Made by a program: the position numbers and the translations under genes. Source: Azolla caroliniana (lineage: Eukaryota > Plantae > Polypodiophyta). Taken from it: a stretch of 64,000 bases of DNA. The DNA lies in assembly GCA_043228905.1 (NCBI GenBank), contig JBHGNT010000015.1:2108001-2172000 (forward strand), given 5' to 3'. This document shows, piece by piece, positions 52,616-64,000 of the stretch (within the stretch, counting starts at the first letter, position 1; every line of letters starts with the position of its first letter). Below the pieces are notes generated by a model. It searched no databases. It was not told where the DNA came from and was given only the letters and a program-made list of their open reading frames with translations.

Positions 52616-55600
52616 CGCACGCACACACGCCCTCTTGTACAGGAAACGCAGGGAAGGAGGGGAGCACCCGACACCAACAAGACGCCAATATACACAGACA
52701 GACGCAAACGTATATATATATATATAAGAAGAATACACTCCCGGCTTCGATCCGGACCAGGATAGTTTACAACAGCCGTTTGCTGTCAAGCCACCGTTGG
52801 GGAGCTCTCGGGCTCGTCGCGCCGAGCGGGGTCTTGCACAGGAGATAAGCTGCAGCCAAACCTAAATGAACACGAAGGGGAAGAGGAAGAAGCCGAAGAA
52901 ACCTAACCCTAAACCTACCGGTATACCCTCTAATCCAAAATGGGCAACCCTTTTACAAAGGGCGTTCCCTCCCTTTTATAGAACAAGGAGAGGGATGCGT
53001 TACAATGTGGGACAAATCCCAACTTGCATGGGATCGTCTGTCTCGACTTGACTACTCTTCGGCGCCATAAAGGCGCCCTCGATATTCACACCAGATATAC
53101 ATGGGTACGTACACACGCTGCACCCCGCCAATGTAGACAATGTTTCCCGGTTTTCGCCTATCGCCGAAATTCTTCACGACATCTGCCCCCACCTAACTGC
53201 ACGTCCACCGGTACGTGCCAATCTGGTTGAAGGGTGAGAGATTTCGGCCGGTGAGAAACTGGTCTCCCGTGATCTGCATCTCGGCTCGCAGCCGGTTTGA
53301 TCCGGCGGCTTCGAGTCTTCCTTCGCACTCGTCTCCCCGTAGGCTCATTCGACCCGTCGATGGGTCCTTTGCCGCGATCTCCGTAGCACGCGTTCTTCCG
53401 TTGGCCCTTGTTCGGCCGTATGAACGCCCCGCTTCCCGCCGTATGCCCGATGTCCTCCGTTAGAGGAATGCCTGTGGCAGCCCGCTTGGCCTCCATTGTC
53501 GAATCGTGATGTCCCGATGGTGTTTCGCGTCGCCTTCGTCCTTCCGCCGCCACCTTCCTTCTCCATGGTCTTATGTCGCTGCGTCGGCTCGAACCGCCAT
53601 GGTCTCCGGAACGGTGTGGAAGATCCCTTTCCGGCTTTCTCCGCGCATCGCTGTTCACCCTCATATCGGTGTCCTTTGCATCCGAGGAACACCCCGTAGT
53701 AGCCCGCTTGGCCCTTCCCGTCATCGTGCTGCTGAAACAGGTCCTGGGTCTTTCGCTTGCTGTCGTCCCCTTGCCCCCACCAGCTTGTCACCCCGGCTTG
53801 CCGTGTCAGTCTTTGTTACTTCGATGGAGTTACCGAGATCTACGAAGCGAGTGTGGAGGATCCTCCTCCGGCCTCTCTTGCCGTCCTGGTTCTGACCCTG
53901 TGCAGTCCACTAGGTGCTTGTCACCTCGTTCCCGACACCTCCCTTGTGCCGTCTTCCACTTCCTTCGTTCGGCCCCGCCCGCGCCGAACACCGTCCCGTA
54001 GTCACGCTTCGATCCGGCCCGTGATGGCCACTCGCGAGACTCTTGTTCTATCCAAGGTGTGCCTTTCCGGCCTGACACACCTCCCCGTGTTCACCCCTAT
54101 CGGCTCCTTCCGATACCTCGTGTCGTCGGGTCCCGTTCCCTGCCGCCACCGTCCTCCCTCGGTCTCACGTTGCCACGTTGGCCGAACTGTCGGAGTCTCT
54201 GGATCAGTGTGAGGGTCTCGTAGGACCGGACTCCATTTTCTATGCTTGCTGTAAGTCGGGTGACTTTTGTTTGAGTCCCTCCCGGACTCTCCTCGTGTCT
54301 TACGCGTAGCCGGGTCCCGTTTCTCGCCGTCACCTTCCTTCTCCCTCTGTCTTACGTGCCACGTTGGCCGAACAGCCGGGGTCTCCGGAACCGGTGTGGG
54401 GATCCCGTAGGACCGGTCTTCCTTACGCCCATTGTCTTCGTCACCTCACCGCCACTGTTAGTATCTTGGTCTTACGTCGACCGCGTTGCCGACTGCCGAA
54501 GTCTCCAGATCCGGTGTGAAGGATCCTCCGTAGACTTTCCATCCTTAGCCCTTGCCTTCGTCACCTCGCCGCCACCGTCAGTATCTTGGTCTTACGTCGA
54601 CCGCGTTGCCGACTGCCGAAGTCTCTAGAACCGGTGTGAAGGATCCTCCGTAGGCGTTCGTCGCCTTGTCTTCCCGACCCTGTCCCGGGTCGTCCATTCT
54701 CGCATGCCGAGAGGGCGGTTTACTCCGCACCCTCTCCCGTGGTACCGACATACCGTGTCCTCGGCCTCTTTGTAGGCCGGCTATCTTCCTCCCTCCCAGA
54801 ATGGTCATTCGGGAGTCCGCTCCGCCCGGTTCTCGTCGGGTCCGTTCGTCTTTCTCCGGATTGCCGAGTCCCGTTCTCCTGTCGCCACCGTCTCTCGTAC
54901 AGGACTTACGCAGGCACTCGGGCCTGCAGCCGGATCAGTGTAAGGAATCCCATAGGACCGGCTTTCATTCTCTTTCCAATCTCGACCTTCGCCCGGTCGG
55001 TCTTTCTCCCCATGTAAAAGAGGGCGGCTCGTCCCGCACCCCCTTCCGTATCGGCACTTTCATGCCGACTCCGGCCCCGATCGAACGATCCACGACCGGA
55101 TCACGGTCCACCCGTATCGGAATGCCGATCGTCCCGTGCCGCGTCCGCCCTCGGCCTCCTCACAGGCCGTTTCCCATCCATTTTCGTTGGCATCGTGCCA
55201 AGACTCCTCGGTACCGCCATCCATCTCCTCGGTCTTACATGGGCATACAGGCCCGAATGCCGAGTTCTCCGGAATCGGGTCCGTGGGCTTTCGTCCGTTC
55301 CTTCCCCATATCGTCTCGCAGGTGATTCTTGGCCTTTCGCCACTGCCTTCCTCCGCTTGGACTCACGTGGGCACTCGGGCCCGACTACCATTGTCTCGGG
55401 AGCAAGTGTGGGAAGACACAAAGAATCGCCCGTCCGTTTTACGCCCTTGTCTGTAGCCACCGACTCTTCGTGTTCGGCGGTTGTCTTCTTACCGATTGCA
55501 CAAGCCCCGTCTGGGCCTTCTTCTCCAATGACCGGGATCTCGGGCTGACACGCCCGAGACTGCTGGTCCCAACCTTCCGGTTCCGCGATCGGTATCTCGG

Positions 55601-57289
55601 CCTCGTCCTTGGCCGTTCTATCTCCGCAAGTCGAGAGGGTGGCTCGTCTCGTGCCCTCTCCCGTGGTACCGTGGTACCCTTCATTTTCGGCCTCCTCATC
55701 CTCCGATCGCCTCCGACCCGACTCCATAATAAGCCCTTCTTCGGCTTCGATTTTCCCCTCTTCCTTGAGCATCTCTTTGAGTGCTGCGTACGCCTCCGCA
55801 ATCCTGGCCCCAACGCCGACCCTTGCCGACTCTCTTTGCCGTTCGGCCTCTTCCCGCTGTGATGGCACGCCGTCACGTACCTTCCTCTTAGCCTTCTCGG
55901 CTCGCTCGTTGTCTAACCTTTGGCACACCCTTCCGACCTTCGACCAGTCCTCCGTAAGCCCATTCGCTCCATCATCGTCTTCGAGCTCTACCTGACGAAC
56001 AAAGGGACTTTGTTCGACCCCACCAAACCTTGTTCCCGCTCTGGGAGCCGAGCAAGTCGTCGCTCGAAGTCCCGGAACGCCTTCATCGCACCCCAGTGGG
56101 TCTTTGCCGATGCTACCCACTGGTCGAAGTGGTGCCGTCCCCGGTTCTTCCGCCGTCCTCCGTATGCCTTCAGGAGCGCCTCTTCGAAGGCCTCCCACGA
56201 ACCATGAGCCTCACGGAGCTCGATTACTTCCGCATGCATCCGGACAGCTACGACCCGGCAGAAGAACTCCAGCCTCAACGACTCATCTACGCCATGCTCT
56301 TCCATTTCCGCATTGTAGGCTTCCAAGTAAGATGGGACTTTGTCCCCGTTGAAACGGCCGACTCTTTCGACCACTCGCTCAGCCGCTTGTTGCGCTGCTT
56401 CTCGCCTCATCACCACTCGTGCCGACTCCAACACCACTTCGGCCACCATCTCCGCAAGGTCGTCGCCTTCCGACTCCATCCCCCCTTGCCGCCTTTCACG
56501 TCGGGTTCACCAAATATGTTGGGTTGTTACGCGCGTGCGTGGAGAAAGGCGGGACCACGAGGGTCTTGGACTAGGGAGCGACGGAGCGTAGGAAGTCGCA
56601 CTTCACCGTTTTTGGGCACCCCTGAAACGGACCGGAAGCAGCCGACGGGAGAGAGGGAGTGAGAGAGCGTGCCTGACACCGACTCACGCGCGCGCACACA
56701 CACGCACACACGCACACACGCACGCACACACGCCCTCTTGTACAGGAAACGTAGGGAAGGAGGGGAGCACCCGACACCAACAAGCCGCCAATATACACAG
56801 ACAAACGCAAACGTATATATATATATATATATATAAGAAGAATACACTCCCGGCTTCGAGCCGGACCAGGATAGTTTACAACAGTCGTCTGCTGTCAAGC
56901 GTCGTCGGGGAGCTCTCGGGCTCGTCGCGCCGAGCGGGGTCTTGCACAGGAGATAAGCTGCAGCCAACCCTAAACGAACATGAAGAGGAAGAGGAAGAAG
57001 CCGAAGAAACCTAACACTAAACCTACCGGTATACCCTCTAATCCAAAATGGGCAACCCTTTCACAAAGGGCGTTCCCTCCCTTTTATAGAACAAGGAGAG
57101 GGATGCGTTACAATGTGGGACAAATCCCGACTTGCATGGGATCGTCTGTCTCGACTTGACTACTCTTCGGCGGCATAAAGGCGCCCTCAATATTCACACC
57201 AAATGTACATGGGTGCGTACACACGCTGCACCCCGCCGATGTAGACAATGTTTCCCGGTTTTCGACTATGGCCGAAATTCTTCACGACA
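52396..57289 (-). mobile_element. Element F: non-autonomous Gag-only LTR retrotransposon (TR-GAG-like), 4-bp TSD GCGC
   Basis: LTRs 56517-57289 and 52396-53181; same tRNA-Trp PBS and near-identical PPT; TSD at 52392-52395 and 57290-57293; no RT, RH or IN motifs seen in the 3.3-kb interior. Confidence 0.9.
55988..56479 (-). pseudogene. Element F gag N-terminal region
   Basis: VGRFNGDKVPSYLEAYNAEM aligns with E gag IGRFSGKDATSYLASYRVEM; followed by acidic low-complexity coding remnants. Confidence 0.8.
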
Positions 57290-58003
57290 GCGCGTGAACT
57301 GGCTCTTCACACGTGCGCGCCCCTTAATGTATATAATAGGGAATTAAGTACAAAGTCATATCCTAGGTAGTTAGATTCGGTAGGTAGGAAGTTAATGGGG
57401 GAAACGACTCCCTTCTTGAAGCTATAAAAGAGAGGGAGAGGCGGGGGGAGAGGGGGATCGCGCATTGAGGAGGACGAACTGCTGTCGGACCGGAACCGAA
57501 CGCTTCTTCTCTGTTTGTTCTCTATTACTCTTCTCTGCAGGTTTTCGGGAGGCTCGCGCTGCTTCGAGGAACGCCCGTGTGCTTCCGGCAGCACCTCCAT
57601 CCTATCTCCTTTCGTGCGCAGACGAACAGGCATCGACATCTGTTCGCCGGCCTGTTCGGTTGTAACCGCTCGCGTGCTCTGTTGTTTTGTGTCATTTGTT
57701 AATATACAAACATTCGTGTCTCTCTGTCTCTGTGTCCATTCGTGTTTTCTGCGTTGACGGGCCGTGTCCTTGTGTTTCTTTGCTCACACGTAACCGGTCG
57801 TCTCTCTCTTTCTCTCTCTCCTCCTATCACCTGCTCTTCGGTTCAAGACCCCGGTGGTCCCGCCTCGTTTCTCCACGCACGCGCGTAGCAACGCGACACC
57901 GTGACAGAAGGCCTCTAGCTGGAAACCGGTGTTTGTGGTGTGACGTGGTCGGCCACATCCGGAAGTACTGCAGGGACTTCGCCGAGGCAATGAGAGCCAT
58001 CGT

Positions 58004-61000
58004 TGTCGCGTTACTACGCACGTGCGTGAGGAAACAACGCGGGACCACCGGGGTCTTGAACCGAAGAGCAGGTGATAGAAGGGGAAAAGTGAAGGGGAGA
58101 GACGCCCGGGTCACGTATGAACCAAGAAACATAGGGGCGTGGCTTGCCAACACAGAAACGCGAATGGACACAGAGACAGGGAGACACAAGTGTTTGTATA
58201 TTAACGAATAACAAGTACAAAGCAGAACACGCGAGCGGCTACAACCGAACAGACCGACGAATAGATGCCGATTCCTGTTCGTCTCCACAAGAAATGGGGA
58301 TAGGATGGAGGTGCTGCCGGAAGCACACAGGCGTTCCTCGAAGCAGCGCGAGCCTCCCGAAACCTGCAGAGAAGAGCAACAGAGAACAGATAGAGGAGAA
58401 GAGTTCGGTTTCGGTCCGACAGCACTTCGTCCTCCTCAATGCGCGATCCCCTCTCCCTGCGTCTCCCTCTCCTTTATAGCGTCAAGAAGGGGCCGTCTCC
58501 CCCATTTACTTCCTACCTACCGAATCTAACTACCCAGGATCTCTCTCTGTACCTAATTCTCTATTATACACATTAAGAGCGCGCACACGTGAAGGGCCAG
58601 TTCATGTGCGCTATTCACCGATTGCTCTTGGGGACGGTTTTCTTCACGACATCCGCCCCCACCTAACCGCGCATCCACTGGTATGCGCCAAAATTGGGTT
58701 CTGGTTGGAGAAAAACAGCCCGGCTCCCGGTTCCTCATCCATCGGTTCGTCCTCCGCCTTGGACTGATCACCGTCGTTGTCCAGGCCTCTTAGGTCCGGT
58801 TCGCCATCGTGGCGCTTCTTGAACGCTTTGATCCGCTTTCCCGCCACTGGTATCGCCATCCTCGCACCGTCGAGTTCCGCCAGGTCATACGTCCCGTTGT
58901 CGTTGGCACCCGTTACCACGTAAGGCCCCAACCACCGCTTTGCAAACTTTCGTGTTGCTCGGTGCTGGTTGTCGAGGCTGTTGTCGTAGACTAGCACCCA
59001 GTCACCTTCCTCGATTCTCTTTTGTCTGAGCCGGTGTGTTCGGTCGAACCGGGCTTTGTTCTTCATCCTCGCCGTCCAAAGTCTCTTCGCCGCTCGTTCC
59101 ACGTCCTCTGGCCTCCGCTCGAGCTGCCGTATACGCGCTGCTAGTAGTTCTTCCCGACTCATTTCGTTACTCCAGTCTACTATCGCCCAGGAGGAGATCG
59201 TCCGTTCCATCGGCATGATCGGCTTCTGTTCGAACATGAGTTCCGACGGCATGAACCCGGTTACCGAACTGTGCGTTGTCCGGTCCGCCCACAAGGCATA
59301 GGGTAACAGTCGTCCCTTGTCCATGATGCGTCCGACACCATTGTCCTTAAGAATCCCGCAATCTGCAGCCACTCCCCGTCGTACTTGCTCTCGTTGAAAT
59401 CGTTAAGTGCCGGAGTGCTTTCCCCCTCGGTTGTTACGTAAGCCGCCTCGAAGAAGACTACGCCGACTTCCTCGTCCTCCGAAACCATGCCACCCTCGTC
59501 GTCGAATCGCGCCCTCGAAAGCATGTCGACCATGGCATTGTCCTTTCCCGGAAATGTGTACGCTATCCACCGGAGCATTGCCATGTCCGGGGTTGCGCAT
59601 CCGAAAACCATGCCGAGGATCGGCAGGCAGTCCCTCTCGATAATTACCTCTGTCCCAATCAGATAGTCTTTATCGGCCTTTACCGCCAAAACGATACCCT
59701 AGAGTTCGCGTTTAACCTGGGCGTATCCTCGCTGTCGCTCACTGAGGACCTTCGCGCCAAACCGGATTGGGAACCGAATACCGTCCTCATCTTCTTGGTT
59801 GACGACCCAACCGATCCCGGTCGGACTTGTATCTACCGTTATGTAGATGGGGGTGCCTTTCTCGTAGACAGCCTTCCGGAGCGCCGGAGCTGCAGCAAGA
59901 GCCTCCTTCATTTTTCGGACTGACTCCGAATGCTCGACTCGCCACTCGAATTTTTGCCCCTTTTTCAGCAACCCGTATAGCGGCTCAGCAACGTGGGCGT
60001 AATGTGGGATCCATATGTGGTAGAATGCGCATGCTCCCAAGAACCTCCGTACCTCCGTGACCGAGTTATAGTCGGGCTTCATAGCGGAGATGGCTTCTAC
60101 CTTGGCCGGAGACGGTTTCCGGCCATACGCCCTGCATAGATGTCCGACGACCATGATCTCCGATTGCCCGAAGGCCGATTTCTCCCTAGAGAAGGTGAGC
60201 CTCGCGTCCTCTAGCCTCTGCAGCACCCTCTCGCAGTCGTCAATGTGTGTCATCACGAATTTCCGGCATCCGTCCGGTCCGATCGTTTCGTCCTTTTCCT
60301 CCACCGGACATCCCTTGATCGGGATGTCGTCCAAGAATGGCATGGTGATGTCCAGGATACAATCCCTCAGCACCTTGTTCATCGCATTCACCATGTGGGC
60401 CACTGAGCTCGTCCCTCCTTGCGGCAGGGTGCACATCCGCACTAGGCAGAGAGGAGTCCGCATCGTCGTAATGTCTCTGCTCTCTACGGCTAGTTGGAAC
60501 TGATCGTACCCCGAGTACAGATCACTGACCGAGTAGATCGACCTTCCGGCGAAGGCCTCCGCGAACTCGTCTATCGTTGGTCCGATTCCTGCGTTCCGAA
60601 TGGTCACTCTGTTGACCGGCTGTAGGTCTTGAATGAAGCGCAACGTCCCGTTCTTCTTCGGTACAGTAAACCACCGGTTCGAGTACGGGGCACTCGACGG
60701 TTCGAGGATGCCCATATCGACTTTCTGCCTCAATAGCTCCATCAGCTCCGGGATGTGAGCTCTCGGTACCGAAATTGGCTTGAGATTCCATGGTACATGC
60801 GGTACCGTGAATATCACCATCGGCTTCACGACTGTCGGGTCTACGCACCCGATTTCTTCCGGCGAGAATGTGAAGGCTTTCCCGTGCATTCCGAGCATTC
60901 GCCGAAACCGGTCTTCTTCCGCCGGAAGTAGGAACCCGCCCCCACCGATTTTGAGCTCCCGTAGTGTTCTGTCGGTGAAGGTGTGTCCTATGCAGGCCGG

Positions 61001-62415
61001 ATCACGTAAACTGGGGTCCGACGCGACCCCCTCGATTCGCAACTCGCTGCCCTTCGGTAAGGGTGCCGCGACTGGCCTCACCTTCCGGTCCACAGTCTTG
61101 TACTTCGTGTTAACCCGGGCCGTCCGATCGGACTTGAGCCCTCGACTGAAGTCCGCGATGACTTCATACATCTCTTTTGAACAAACCGGTATCGTCCGGT
61201 CCTCTTTAAGGCCCTCTCCGACCACCTCTCGCAGTATTCCCAAGGTATCGTTGAAGGAGACCGCCTCCACGGCTCTGTTGATTTCCTCGCTGGGCCTGAG
61301 AACTCCGCATGCCCGAAGTCGCTCTTCCGCCCTTGTCTTTTCTCGGCCTACGACGCCGACTATCGTACACCCTCCGTTGTCGGAGAAACAAAACTTCCTA
61401 CTTATGGTACAAGGATTCTTTGGTTTCGCTTTTATCGTACATTTGTGGGGTTTTCCCGGAGTGTCCGGACTGTCGGGGCCCCACGCCTTGGCAGCCCTCT
61501 CTAAAAATCCTCTCGGTTCTCGCCACCGAGGGACTCGCGGTTTCGCTCGTGGTTGGGTCGTACCGTCAGGAACTGGACCGAATGACGTCCGTCCTGGCTC
61601 TTGACCCTCGCGTAAGCCGACCCGTTGTCCAGCACCTTGGTCTCCATTTGCGCCGCCGTAATGTACGGTTCTAGTAGAATGACCGGGTGCGAGGACGTTT
61701 CCTGCACAAAGAAGTGCTGGTCTATTTCGACGTCGCCGATCTTGACTCGCACGTTTGGGCAGGCCCCGTGTAGTTCCTCGGTGGCGCGCGTCGCCACCCG
61801 TGCTTAGTGTTGATCGGCCATTTCCCCTTTTTGTAGAAGTCCATGGACATCAGGTTTATTTCCGAACCGTGGTCCACCAGTGCCACCACCGGTTCCTGAA
61901 CATCTCCGATTCTCACCGGGGTTTCCATGGTTGCTCGGGCCTAGTGTGGCCTCGAATAGTGGGTCTCCGCCCACTCGTCTTCCAGCGCCATGTCCTCTAT
62001 GTGCGCCGTCCGCACTTCCACCGGCCTGTCTGGTTCTACCTCCATCGACAGCCTCTTCCTCTTCACCAAGTCCACGATGGAGTCGTGGAACTCCTTCTTG
62101 GCTATCCCGAGCACCTCTTGCAACGACAGTTCCACCTTGCTGTCAAGGATTCGTTCTTTCAGGACCTTTCGTAGGTCCGTGGTCCTTTCGATCTCCGTGC
62201 CCAACCAGTATCCGGCCTTCTTGTGGTTATCCCAGGCACTGGACTCACCGGCCTCGTTCCGTTTCGGCCCGAATCGGGTTTTGTATCTCTGTGAGGGTCC
62301 GGTCCCTCCGTTTTTACCTACCCGTTTGTCTTCAACCAGAGTCTCGTAGTTCTGGCAAGCTGCTTCGACGAAACCCGTCTTTTCTTCGACCGGGTCACTC
62401 CACCCGGTTACCTCC
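58004..62415 (-). mobile_element. Gypsy G (E family), 3' portion
   Basis: 3' LTR 58004-58651; PPT 58652-58666; pol 58644-61510; protease and gag remnant to 62415; highly similar to E. Confidence 0.93.
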
Positions 62416-64000
62416 ATACGCAGAAAACAGGAAACAAATGCACGACACGAAGTGAGAGAAGATACACACAATACACAGGAGCTTTACGTGGAAAACCCCA
62501 AACTAGGGCAAAAACCACAGCAGCCCACATGCTGCAAACTGTCACTATGTATGAAAATGTACAAAACATTGAGTTCACAAAGGCAACGACCTCGTGCTCA
62601 CGATCTTCGCCACAAGCGGAGATTACAACAGAGGCAGCGACCTCTTTCTCTCTCTCCCTCTCTCTGTACATTGTTACGTGCTCTCTCTATTCTTGCACCA
62701 ACAAGAATGATAACTACACTAAAAGTTTGCCCTAAGTCATATTTATACTAATATGACTTTTCAGCTATTTACAAATATAGCCTCGATGAACTCTCAGAAA
62801 ACATATTTAAGAATATGTCTCTTCATCCGCTTCATACCAGGTCTGCACCATCCGGCTCTCCGTAGCTGGGTACTCCTCATCCGGTCTTCACTGGGTCTGT
62901 ATCATCCGGCTCTCCGTAGCCGGGTGCTCCTCATCCGGTTCTCACCGGGCCTGCACCATCCAGCTCTCCGTAGCCGGGTACTCCTTATCCGGTCTTCACC
63001 GGGTCTGTATCATCCGGCTCTCCGTAGCCGGGTGCTCCTCATCCGGCTCTCACCGGCCTGTATCATCCGGCTCTCCGTAGCCGGGTACTCCTCATACCGT
63101 TTCTCCCTTCACATCCGGAGGGACCTGTCTCCCAACAAACTCCCCCTTCACTCCGGCATGGGGTGTCTTACCAGTCCGATCCTCTTCCGGCATGCGTCCA
63201 GCTTGTCGGGTGTCAGCACTTTGGTTAGCATATCTGACCCGTTCTCGGCCGTGTGGATCTTCGTCAGTGTGAACTCCTGGTCGTCTACTCTTTCCCGGAT
63301 CTAGTGATACCTCCGCTGTATATGCTTCGTCCGGGAATGGTAGGCCGCATTCTTAGCAAGGTGGATGGCACTTTGACTGTCGCAATAGAGTCAGTATTCC
63401 TCTTGCCGTATACCGAGCTCACCGATGAAGTCCTTCATCCATAAGATTTCCTTGCCGGCTTCCATAGCTGCCATGTACTCCGCCTCCATAGTTGACAATG
63501 CAACCGTCTTCTGCAGCCTCGACTGCCACAAAACAGCTCCCCCTGCATATGTCATCACATACCCGGAAGTAGACCGGCTGGTATCCACATCAGCCGACAT
63601 GTCCGAATCGGTGAAACCGTCCAGTTGAGGTTTTCCGGAGCTGAATCAGAGACACATATTTGAAGTGCCTTTCAAATACCGGAGTATCCACTTGACCGCG
63701 TTCCAGTGCTCCTTGCCGGGATTGCTTATGAACCAGCTCACCATTCCGACTGCGTATCCTACATCCGGTCGGGTACACACCATTGCGTACATCAAGCTCC
63801 CGACGGCAGAGGCATATGGGATCTTCATCATATCCGCCTTCTCTGCTTTCGTCTTCAGGCTTTGCTTGCCGGATAGCCTGCATTTTGCCGGAATCGTCGA
63901 TCCGACCGGTTTCGCATCTGACATGTTGAACCGGTGAAGCACCTTTGTCACGTACTTCTCCTGTGACAGCCATAATTGCTTCGCTGACCGCTCCCGAATG
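62416..64000 (-). mobile_element. Copia H (Copia A family): RT/RNase H and 3' LTR, runs off the window
   Basis: LTR 62416-63137 (terminal ~57 bp missing; five 54-bp units); PPT 63138-63150; RNase H closely similar to Copia A. Confidence 0.93.

Larger units (their letters stand above)
46726..57898 (+). mobile_element. Gypsy E, both LTRs present, 4-bp TSD CCGT
   Basis: 5' LTR 46726-47376; 3' LTR 52350-52395 plus 57294-57898; PPT ttaggtgggggcgga before 52350; TSD at 46722-46725 and 57899-57902. Confidence 0.95.
45606..58003 (+). mobile_element. Gypsy D (tRNA-Trp family): 5' LTR plus internally deleted gag; host of E and G
   Basis: LTR 45606-46297; PBS 46302-46319; gag 46315-46725 continues at 57899-58003 (CLWCDVVGHIRKYC). 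Confidence 0.88.

Noticed and set aside
53158-55900. Many overlapping ORFs inside element F as separate genes
   Set aside because: GC-rich degenerate retroelement interior with no recognisable domains.

Overview
Eukaryotic, TE-dominated land-plant DNA. A seed-free plant such as a fern is likely, but that is inferred from element types. There is one intact host gene: a 14-exon PHO1-family (SPX+EXS) phosphate exporter at 12435-18028 (+, 837 aa reconstructed). The rest is nested transposons whose insertion order can be read from target-site duplications (TSDs). (1) 354-10152: a 5'-truncated LINE holds an 8.1-kb element bounded by INVERTED copies of one LTR with a perfect 5-bp TSD, which in turn holds a full-length Tnt1-like Ty1/Copia. 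These LTR copies carry 12 P1BS (GNATATNC) motifs upstream of PHO1. (2) 20-37 kb: Copia solo LTRs, a LINE fragment, and a Copia interrupted by a 7.2-kb DNA transposon (8-bp TSD) with an intron-containing Zn-finger-like cargo and ~5 kb of simple sequence. (3) 37-44.6 kb: a Gypsy with a ~860-codon extra ORF in the env position. (4) 45.6-62.4 kb: a self-nested cluster of an unusual Ty3/Gypsy family with an 18-nt tRNA-Trp PBS, Gag-Pro followed by a predicted -1 frameshift (GGAUUUU plus pseudoknot) into Pol, FLDD RT and DHG protease motifs, 4-bp CpG-centred target sites and a Gag-only non-autonomous partner. All calls were made by eye, with no database searches.
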